From an uncultured Saccharospirillaceae bacterium (GTDB lineage: Bacteria; Bacteroidota; Bacteroidia; Flavobacteriales_D; CAJJDF01): DNA of 64,000 nt. The DNA is taken from NCBI GenBank assembly GCA_950054195.1, contig CATLPG010000009.1, forward strand, positions 7,943-71,942. Reading direction: 5' to 3'. The translations under genes and the position numbers were made by a program. Below are positions 1 to 7,408 of this stretch, in pieces (position 1 is the stretch's first letter; every line of letters begins with the position of its first letter). Below the pieces are notes generated by a model that worked only from the letters and a program-made list of their open reading frames with translations, was not told where the DNA came from and ran no database searches.

Positions 1-338
1 CTACGTTTGATGTTAGCTGTGCCGATTATGAAGAGGATAGTGATTTAGTCGCTAAGAATAAAGAGAGAAATAGAATTCTAGAAGAAAAAGAACTAAACAG
101 CGAAACTTGGGGCTTATCTAGCATAGGGATTAAAAACTTAGTGGTCGTGGGAGTTATTTTTTTAGTACTCTCTATTGTTGCTCAAGCAGTTTTGTTTTTT
201 AGTTTTGGACTTATTTCTCTTTATCCTATCATCGTATTTGCCTTGGCAATTGCAACAATTGTTAAAGGAGTTAGTAGAAATAAGGAAAAAAAGAAAAAGA
301 AGCAAGGAGATATTCTTGATGATCAGCTGTTAAACTAG
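1..338 (+). CDS. hypothetical membrane-anchored protein, 5' partial
   Basis: Frame 3 is open from base 3 (TFDVSCADYEEDSD...) to the stop at 336-338, so the GTG at 141 in the ORF track is probably internal. A C-terminal hydrophobic stretch of about 40 residues is followed by a Lys-rich tail. No family recognised. Confidence 0.4.
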   Translation, partial: TFDVSCADYEEDSDLVAKNKERNRILEEKELNSETWGLSSIGIKNLVVVGVIFLVLSIVAQAVLFFSFGLISLYPIIVFALAIATIVKGVSRNKEKKKKKQGDILDDQLLN

Positions 339-340
339 GT

Positions 341-679
341 ATGAAATTATATACAATCTGTGAGTTTTGTCGATCCAATATAAATGTAAAATCATCATGT
401 TCTACACGCTCTGAATTACAAATGAAAGAAGGAGATCATTTATCTGTTTACTGTTCTAGTTGTAATGAATTAAATAAAAAACACGTTAATGATATTTGTG
501 CTCAAGCGAATGGGAAGGTACTGTTGATTGCTTTGATTATTTCGATTATAGTTAGTGCTATTTTATGGATGATACTAGGAGCTATTGGCGTTATATCTGT
601 TGCTATAATTATATTATTTGCCCAGCAAGAAATGAAAGCTGTTAAAAGTTTTAATTCATACCTAATAAGAAGAAAGTAA
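341..679 (+). CDS. zinc-ribbon-like protein with C-terminal transmembrane segments
   Basis: Two CxxC pairs (CEFCRS ... CSSCNE) are followed by a long hydrophobic stretch (LLIALIISIIVSAILWMILGAIGVISVAIIILF). It starts 3 nt after the previous stop. Confidence 0.4.
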   Translation: MKLYTICEFCRSNINVKSSCSTRSELQMKEGDHLSVYCSSCNELNKKHVNDICAQANGKVLLIALIISIIVSAILWMILGAIGVISVAIIILFAQQEMKAVKSFNSYLIRRK

Positions 680-685
680 AAACTG

Positions 686-1075
686 ATGGGTAATAAAAGA
701 GCTATGAAAATTGTTGTTATAATCATATCAATTGTCTTTTTGTCTTTAATAGGCGCTAATATTTATGATATGAATAAGTTTTTTGACGAGCCTAAAGTAG
801 TTGAAACAAGAGGTGATCATGGATGTCTTGATTTTGTTACAATTGGAATATGTAGCGATAGCACTATACACCTTGAAAACAAGTTGATTGATAATATTGA
901 TTCATTATCAGATGAAATAAAACAATATGACTTATGCGGTGGGGGTTATGTTAAAATTAAACCTCAAGAAAATGATATATTAATGGGCTTGGTTGATAAA
1001 GTAGAAAAGGAATTGATAGAGGCAAATATTTACCGAATTGAATTCTCAGTAGACATAAAGATATGTAACTCATAA
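686..1075 (+). CDS. hypothetical signal-anchored protein
   Basis: N-terminal hydrophobic helix (MKIVVIIISIVFLSLIGANIY). The gene is tightly packed with its upstream neighbours and followed by a strong terminator. Confidence 0.4.
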   Translation: MGNKRAMKIVVIIISIVFLSLIGANIYDMNKFFDEPKVVETRGDHGCLDFVTIGICSDSTIHLENKLIDNIDSLSDEIKQYDLCGGGYVKIKPQENDILMGLVDKVEKELIEANIYRIEFSVDIKICNS

Positions 1076-1111
1076 AACAAAGCCTTTCAATTTCTTGAAA
1101 GGCTTTGTTTT
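1074..1111 (+). terminator. intrinsic terminator hairpin with a perfect 17-bp stem
   Basis: AAAACAAAGCCTTTCAA-tttc-TTGAAAGGCTTTGTTTT overlaps the stop codon of the 686..1075 ORF. The T-run forms part of the 3' arm. Confidence 0.7.
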
Positions 1112-1331
1112 ACTTGATGCCCCCGTTAAGGCTTCCTTCGACTTCTCTGTCATTTGGATCAAGAGAGCTATACCTGATAAGTATATCTTTAAAAACATCA
1201 ATCAAGTAAGAGAGTTAACTGCTAACTCGATGGATGATTATAACTATATAAGACCTCACAAAGCTGTTGGTAATCTTCCATTATTGAATACGCTAAAAAC
1301 ATTAACAAGGGGCCTACGAGTCTTGTTTTAG
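1095..1331 (+). pseudogene. IS3-family transposase (rve integrase-core) C-terminal relic
   Basis: FKNINQVRELTANSMDDYNYIRPHKAVGNLP matches the conserved C-terminal end of IS3 OrfB/rve transposases (...YN..RPH.alg..tP). The catalytic region is absent. The TTG start in the ORF track lies inside the upstream terminator hairpin and is not credible. Confidence 0.55.
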
Positions 1332-1540
1332 GTAAAAACAAAGAGTTAGAGCTAAGAGGAAATTAAATTAAAAAAATATTTTAGACTTTAACACTGCACT
1401 AAAAAAAGATAACCAGCAAAAATATAGTTTATATATTTTTTGAGGAAAAAAAATTATTGTATTTTATTAATAATCAATGTTTTTTTCAGTTAATTAAGGT
1501 GTTAATCACTTTTTAACATCTTATTTTAAATGTATATAAA

Positions 1541-2488
1541 ATGAAAATATATTTAAGTGCAATATTCCTCTTTAGTATTTTGTTATCTTATTCTCAATAT
1601 ACGGATACTGCCACTATGACAATTATTGAGAATGCAAGAGCAGCCAATGAAGGAGATCTTTATTTGGACACGAATGCTAAAGAATACAGAATAGGACTTA
1701 CTCATGGATTAATGGGTAAAATCACTGATGATCAAAACATTGACTCTGTCACCATTGTAGGAGATTCTTTATATATATATTTAGAAAACAGTAAAAAAGG
1801 GGCTGTTAACATAGCAAATATAGGAGGAAATAATAGCGTAGTTCCAGCAATAGGAGATGTTAAATTTAGCTTTCAATCTACAGATCATGATGGTTGGTAT
1901 CTTATTAACGGACGTACAGTTTCATCACTACCTATTACTGCACAAACAAATGCTTCTTCATTAGGTTTTGTAGGTAATATTCCTAATGCTAATAATAGGG
2001 TTTTTAAGCATCCTACTGGTGGACAAATACCAGGAAATACTGGTGGACAAGCTACAACTACACTAACCCAAGGTAATCTGCCAAATTACAATCTCCCTAC
2101 TACAAATACATCAACTAATGGAAATCATAACCATACAGGAACAACAAATAATGTAGGGAATCATGATCATACAGGAACAACAAGCACTGATGGAAGTCAT
2201 AATCATAATATACCTAACTTGCGACTTGTAAATGGAGCTTTAGGAGGATTATTTAGTTCTAATGGTGATTACTACACCAGTGGAGGAACCACCAGTACGA
2301 ATGATGCAGGTAATCATAATCACTCATTAAACATTGCGAATGCAGGAAACCATACCCACACAGTTAACACCAATAATAACGGAAATCATAATCATTCAGT
2401 AACTGTATCTAGTGGTGGATCTAACGAATCATTTGATAGATACCAACCCTACATGGTTGCAAATTCTTTCATTTACTTAGGAGAATAA
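1541..2488 (+). CDS. secreted phage-tail-collar (MdpB-like) domain protein with G-x-H-x-H repeats
   Basis: A signal peptide (MKIYLSAIFLFSILLSYSQ) is present. The collar-type core reads GDVKFSF...DGWYLINGR...LTQGNLPNYNLP and the C-terminus reads QPYMVANSFIYLGE. There are seven G(N/S)H(N/D/T)H motifs. Confidence 0.6.
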   Translation: MKIYLSAIFLFSILLSYSQYTDTATMTIIENARAANEGDLYLDTNAKEYRIGLTHGLMGKITDDQNIDSVTIVGDSLYIYLENSKKGAVNIANIGGNNSVVPAIGDVKFSFQSTDHDGWYLINGRTVSSLPITAQTNASSLGFVGNIPNANNRVFKHPTGGQIPGNTGGQATTTLTQGNLPNYNLPTTNTSTNGNHNHTGTTNNVGNHDHTGTTSTDGSHNHNIPNLRLVNGALGGLFSSNGDYYTSGGTTSTNDAGNHNHSLNIANAGNHTHTVNTNNNGNHNHSVTVSSGGSNESFDRYQPYMVANSFIYLGE

Positions 2489-2509
2489 TAAATACAAAAC
2501 TAAACCTCT

Positions 2510-2701
2510 CTACACTGAAAGCACAGAGGTTTGAATATGATCTGAGTTTACCACTCCTTTTAATACTTGAATCTCCTCTGCTTCAAATATCTGAACTAGT
2601 AAGTCTCAACATTTTTGTTTTATACCTCCTTATAAAACTTTATATAGGCATTTAGTAACCCAAACTATGTGGCAACTAAATCGACTTAATGTATGAGAAC
2701 C
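2510..2701 (-). pseudogene. IS200/IS605-family TnpA (Y1 transposase) relic with in-frame stops
   Basis: The minus-strand translation reads GSHTLSRFSCHIVWVTKCLYKVL*GGIKQKC*DLLVQIFEAEEIQVLKGVVNSDHIQTSVLSV*. This follows the TnpA pattern (yHiVw.tKyR.kvL.g.i...l...i.......i..g.v..DHvH.l.s.P) but has two internal stops and is truncated. Confidence 0.55.
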
Positions 2702-3119
2702 TTTTCGATGAGGTTTTTTCGTATTGCTAAAGTACGTGGAATAAATTGCAGGGTTTAAACCCCAATTTGGAACCCAAAAAAAAGAGGAGTCCAAAAAAAT
2801 TGAACTCCCCCCGCTTTGGTGGCTGACTTCGGGGAAGTATCGAACTTTTTAGTGGAAGATTTTGAAGCTATAATGAGAGAGTTAAAAGGAGACATTTTGT
2901 AGTGTTATTTTTGGAATAGTTTGAAAACTTGATAAGAGTGTCTAAAAATACAGATTTAGCTTCCTTACACAAAAGTATTTAAACGTTAAAAGAAAGTTTT
3001 GTTAAAAACAAGAAATTGGCTGTAAGAACACTTCATACACAAGTTTTAATTACTATGTTATGCAACTTTTTAAAAGTAGGTATAGTTATACATGAATGAT
3101 TTATAAAATGTTGGTTTCT

Positions 3120-3149
3120 TTTGTTGAAACAATTTAAATTGTAAATTTG
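3120..3149 (+). promoter_or_regulatory. putative Bacteroidota-type promoter overlapped by a 14-bp palindrome
   Basis: TTTG lies at 3120-3123 and TAAATTTG (TAnnTTTG, -7 box) at 3142-3149, about 22 nt upstream of the ATG at 3171. The perfect palindrome ACAATTTAAATTGT at 3129-3142 sits between them and is a candidate operator. Confidence 0.3.
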
Positions 3150-3170
3150 CGTTATAAGTTGTTAATTGTA

Positions 3171-3638
3171 ATGGATATTAAATCTTCATATAGAGCACTT
3201 GCTATGTTTATGGCTTTTTTGATGTTTTCTTCATCAATAGGTTTCTCTATGGATATTCATTATTGTGGAAACGAGTTAAAAAGTTTTAGCTTTTTTGGAG
3301 AAGCAGAGGCTTGTGAGATGATGCAAACTAAAAAGGTAAAGGAATCTAATCATTCTTGTTGTGAAGCTTCTAAAAAAGAAATTAAAAACTGTCACAATAA
3401 AGAAACTGTTAAAGGAAACTGTTGCCATAATGAGCGTTTAGTTATAGATAATGGTGGAGAGTTAGAAACTTCAGATTTTTCAATAGAACAGTTTCAACAG
3501 GTTATAGTTACTGTTATAGTTCTATTTCCTAATTTAAACCTTTTTAAAATAGCTAGTAAGCAAGTAAATTATGCTTATTACAATCCACCACCAATTATAA
3601 AGGATATTTCTATCCTACACCAAGTATTCCGTATTTGA
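3171..3638 (+). CDS. Cys/His-rich membrane protein preceding the RND pump (resembles the family I recall as HYC_CC_PP)
   Basis: Signal/TM segment ALAMFMAFLMFSSSIGFS, then MDIHYCG, several C/H clusters (CEMM, HSCCEAS, NCHNK, GNCCHNE) and YNPPP near the C-terminus. The ATG at 3171 is preferred over the TTG at 3147. Confidence 0.55.
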   Translation: MDIKSSYRALAMFMAFLMFSSSIGFSMDIHYCGNELKSFSFFGEAEACEMMQTKKVKESNHSCCEASKKEIKNCHNKETVKGNCCHNERLVIDNGGELETSDFSIEQFQQVIVTVIVLFPNLNLFKIASKQVNYAYYNPPPIIKDISILHQVFRI

Positions 3639-3711
3639 TTTTATTTTTTTGATGATTTCCCTTCACGCTATGTGCAAGGGCTGACTGTGTTTATCAAAAA
3701 AATAATTTAAT

Positions 3712-6700
3712 ATGTTAAATAGTATTATCAAGTTTTTCCTTGATAACAAATTAGTAGCATGGTTAATGCTTGGTTTGTTTATCATTTGGGGGTTGGTAAC
3801 TGCTCCTTTCAATTTTGAATTAGAGTGGTTGCCAAGAGATCCAGTAGCAGTTGATGCTATTCCAGATATTGGAGAAAATCAACAAATTGTATTTACGAAA
3901 TGGATGGGGCGTTCTCCACAAGATGTAGAAGATCAGATCACGTACCCACTAACTTCTGCTTTGCTTGGTATTCCAGGGGTGAAAAGCGTGAGGAGTAACT
4001 CTATGTTTGGTTTTTCGAGCATCTATTTAATTTTTAATGAGGATGTAGAGTTTTATTGGAGTAGAGGTCGAATACTCGAAAAACTTAATTCACTACCCGC
4101 CAATATATTGCCTGATGGCGTTCAGCCTACATTAGGACCAGATGCTACTGCGTTAGGACAAATTTATTGGTACACCTTAGAAGGAAGAGATAAAGATGGA
4201 AATGTTAATGGTGGTTGGGACTTACACGAACTTCGGACAGTACAAGATTTTTATGTGAAAAATGCTTTGCAATCTTCGGGAGGTGTATCAGAGGTGGCTT
4301 CAATAGGTGGCTTTGTAAAAGAGTATCAAGTGGATGTTAACCCAGATAAGATGAAAACTTATGGGGTTACACTTAATCAAGTAATGAAAGCTGTAAAAGA
4401 AAGTAATCTTGATATTGGAGCTCAAACCTTAGAAATCAACTTGGCTGAATACTTTGTAAGAGGTTTAGGATATGTAAAATCCATTGAGGATATAGAAAAA
4501 AGTGTTGTTAAAGTATCCAATAATGTGCCTATTCGTATCAAAGATATTGCAGTTGTTCATCTTGGTCCAGCAACTAGAAGAGGGATACTAGATAAGGGAG
4601 GTGCTCCTGCAGTAGGAGGAGTTGTAGTGGCTAGATACGGAGCTAATCCATTAGAAATCATCAATGATGTAAAAAAGAAGATAGAAGAAATTAAAGACGG
4701 CTTACCTAGTAAAACACTTGCTGATGGTACTGTTTCAAAGGTTACAATCGTTCCTTTTTATGATAGAACACAATTAATTAATGAAACCATTGGAACGTTA
4801 GAAGAAGCCTTAACATTAGAGGTACTCATTACAATTATTGTAGTCATCCTTATGCTACTTAATTTAAAATCTTCATTACTTATTTCTGCTTCATTGCCTG
4901 TGGCTGTTTTTATGTGTTTTATTGGGATGAGATATTTTGGTGTAGATGCCAATATAGTTGCACTTTCAGGAATTGCAATTGCAGTAGGAACAATGGTCGA
5001 CATGGGAATTGTGCTTACCGAAAGTATGGTTACTCAAATGAAAATTGCTCCTCCAGAACAATCGCTTCAGAAAACAATTTATTTAGCTACAATAGAAGTA
5101 GCCTCTGCTGTAATCACAGCTGTTGCCACCACCATAGTTAGTTTCTTGCCTGTTTTCACTATGGAAGCAGCTGAAGGAAAGTTATTTAGACCTTTAGCTT
5201 ATACTAAATCCTTTGCACTAATTGCTTCTATTATTCTAGCAATTACAGTTATACCAGCTCTAGCAGTTCAATTATTTAAAATTAAGAGTAAAGGAAAAAC
5301 ATCAAGTTATTTCACAAATGGAGGATTAATTATACTCTCCATAACCCTATTATTTACAACTTATTCATTTTTCGGTTTATTTGGTCTAGCAGTTGGATTA
5401 AGTGGGATAATTAACAGTTACTACAAAGACAAAAAAAGGGAACAATGGATTAAAAGATTTGACTATATCAGAAATGTAATTTATGCTCTTTTAGTAACAT
5501 GGTTATTAGCTAAAACATGGATGCCTTTAGGTGTAAGTAAAAGCGAGTTTACAAACTTCATTTTTGTCACACTTATTATCGGGTTTCTAATTGGTTTATT
5601 TTATGTAATTATCCATTATTATGAAAGAATATTAAGGTTTCTTATCTCTATAAAGTATGTGTTTTTGGGATTGTTGATTATACTCCTGTATAGTGGCTAT
5701 TCAGTTTTTAAAAACACAGGACAAGAGTTTATGCCATCACTTGATGAAGGCTCTTTCTTACTAATGCCAACTTCTATGCCTCATGCAGGAATGGAAATGA
5801 ATGAAGTTAACCTCAGATTACTAGATATGTCCGTTTCATCAATACCTGAAGTGGAAATGGTAGTAGGTAAAGCTGGACGGGTAGAAAGTTCTTTAGATCC
5901 AGCTCCCATGAGTATGTATGAAAATATTATTTCTTATAAATCAGAATATAAACTAAATGAAAACGGACATAGGTTACGCTTCAAAGTAGATGAAAGCAAT
6001 GAATTTGTAAAAGATGACAAGGGAGAATTAATTCCTGATGAAAACGGGAATTATTTTAGACAATGGAGAGATCACATCAAATCTCCTGATGATATCTGGG
6101 ATGAAATTGTAGTGGCTACTAAAATACCAGGATTAACTTCTGCACCTAAACTTCAACCTATTGAAACCCGATTAGTTATGCTCCAAACAGGTATGAGAGC
6201 TCCCATGGGAATCAAAGTAAAAGGCTCAGATTTAAAAACAATAGAGCAATTTGGCTTAAAGCTAGAAATGTTTTTAAAAGAAGTTAAAGGCGTTAAAACC
6301 TCTGCTGTTTTTGCAGAAAGAATTGTGGGTAAACCTTATTTGATGTTAGATATTAAAAGGGATATCATTAGTAAATATGGATTGTCCATAGTAGATGTCC
6401 AAAACCAAATTCAAACAGCTATTGGTGGAATGGTGATGACCTCCACAGTTGAAGGAAGAGAACGCTATGGTATAAAACTCCGTTATCCTTTAGAATTAAG
6501 AAACAATCCTGATAAAATAAAGTCAATTTATGTAGCCACTTCAAATGGTACCCAAGTGCCTTTGGGAGATTTGGTAGATATAAAATACGAACAAGGTCCA
6601 CAATCCATAAAAAGTGAAGATGGATTTTTAGTTGGCTATGTTTTGTTTGATAAAGAAGAAGGTTTTTCTGAAGTTGAGTTAGTAAAAGAAGCTCAAGCCT

Positions 6701-7407
6701 ATTTTGATAAAAAGATAAAAGAAAAAACATTAAAAGTTCCAACTGGTATTACTTATCAATTTGCAGGAAATTATGAGCAACAAGTTAGAGCAAATAAACG
6801 ATTAGGAATTGTTATTCCAATTGCTTTAGTACTAATTTTTCTAATCCTTTACTTTCAGTTTAAATCAGTCATTACCTCGTTGTTTGTGTTTACAGGAGTA
6901 TTTGTAGCTTTTTCTGGAGGCTTCATTATGATTTGGCTATATGGTCAAGATTGGTTTATGAATTTTGATCTGTTTGGGACGAACATGAGAGATTTATTTC
7001 AAATGAATCCAATCAATTTAAGTGTTGCAGTGTGGGTTGGCTTTTTAGCTTTATTTGGAATAGCGACTGATGACGGAGTTTTGGTAGCAACTTTTTTGAA
7101 GGATAGTTTTAAAGCTAACAAACCTAAAACCATTGAAGAAATTAAAGATGCAGTAGTAGAAGGCGGGCTAAGAAGAGTTAAACCAGCCATGATGACTACA
7201 GCAACCACTATTTTAGCTTTACTTCCCATTTTAACCTCCACAGGCAAAGGCTCGGATATTATGCTTCCAATGGCTATTCCTTCTTTTGGAGGAATGGTGC
7301 TTAATATCATTACCATGTTTACAGTGCCTGTACTTTATTACCTATGGAAAGAGACCAGCTTCAAATGGGAATCTTATAAAAGAGAATCAAAATCAAAAAT
7401 AAATTGA
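3712..7407 (+). CDS. cusA: CusA/CzcA-family heavy-metal efflux RND permease (1231 aa, long form)
   Basis: Canonical RND blocks are present (DAIPDIGENQQIV, GPDATALGQIYWY, GIAIAVGTMVDMGIVL, GIATDDGVLV) with 12 or more TM segments. It sits in an operon with an adaptor and an OMF. Confidence 0.9.
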   Translation: MLNSIIKFFLDNKLVAWLMLGLFIIWGLVTAPFNFELEWLPRDPVAVDAIPDIGENQQIVFTKWMGRSPQDVEDQITYPLTSALLGIPGVKSVRSNSMFGFSSIYLIFNEDVEFYWSRGRILEKLNSLPANILPDGVQPTLGPDATALGQIYWYTLEGRDKDGNVNGGWDLHELRTVQDFYVKNALQSSGGVSEVASIGGFVKEYQVDVNPDKMKTYGVTLNQVMKAVKESNLDIGAQTLEINLAEYFVRGLGYVKSIEDIEKSVVKVSNNVPIRIKDIAVVHLGPATRRGILDKGGAPAVGGVVVARYGANPLEIINDVKKKIEEIKDGLPSKTLADGTVSKVTIVPFYDRTQLINETIGTLEEALTLEVLITIIVVILMLLNLKSSLLISASLPVAVFMCFIGMRYFGVDANIVALSGIAIAVGTMVDMGIVLTESMVTQMKIAPPEQSLQKTIYLATIEVASAVITAVATTIVSFLPVFTMEAAEGKLFRPLAYTKSFALIASIILAITVIPALAVQLFKIKSKGKTSSYFTNGGLIILSITLLFTTYSFFGLFGLAVGLSGIINSYYKDKKREQWIKRFDYIRNVIYALLVTWLLAKTWMPLGVSKSEFTNFIFVTLIIGFLIGLFYVIIHYYERILRFLISIKYVFLGLLIILLYSGYSVFKNTGQEFMPSLDEGSFLLMPTSMPHAGMEMNEVNLRLLDMSVSSIPEVEMVVGKAGRVESSLDPAPMSMYENIISYKSEYKLNENGHRLRFKVDESNEFVKDDKGELIPDENGNYFRQWRDHIKSPDDIWDEIVVATKIPGLTSAPKLQPIETRLVMLQTGMRAPMGIKVKGSDLKTIEQFGLKLEMFLKEVKGVKTSAVFAERIVGKPYLMLDIKRDIISKYGLSIVDVQNQIQTAIGGMVMTSTVEGRERYGIKLRYPLELRNNPDKIKSIYVATSNGTQVPLGDLVDIKYEQGPQSIKSEDGFLVGYVLFDKEEGFSEVELVKEAQAYFDKKIKEKTLKVPTGITYQFAGNYEQQVRANKRLGIVIPIALVLIFLILYFQFKSVITSLFVFTGVFVAFSGGFIMIWLYGQDWFMNFDLFGTNMRDLFQMNPINLSVAVWVGFLALFGIATDDGVLVATFLKDSFKANKPKTIEEIKDAVVEGGLRRVKPAMMTTATTILALLPILTSTGKGSDIMLPMAIPSFGGMVLNIITMFTVPVLYYLWKETSFKWESYKRESKSKIN

Positions 7408-7408
7408 G

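Noticed and set aside
1541-2488. The tail-collar gene as evidence for a tailed prophage linked to the 30.7-51.4 kb element.
   Set aside because: It lies 28 kb away, is separated by two metal islands and porU, is flanked by IS relics, and has no other tail genes nearby.
2741-2775. Weak resemblance of CAGGGTTTAAACCCCAATTTGGAACCC to the tRNA 3' half (CAGGGCTCGAACCTGGGACCCC) as a candidate attL repeat for a single 48-kb island.
   Set aside because: The similarity needs a 6-nt gap and several mismatches and could be chance. Without an alignment statistic or an empty-site comparison I do not claim it.
2790-2835. A tRNA-like 3' end (TGGTGGCTGAC...GTATCGAAC, whose reverse complement ends ...GCCACCA).
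   Set aside because: I could not fold a T-arm plus acceptor stem with correct spacing, and there is no D or anticodon arm upstream. It is treated only as a possible decayed junction in the IS-relic finding.
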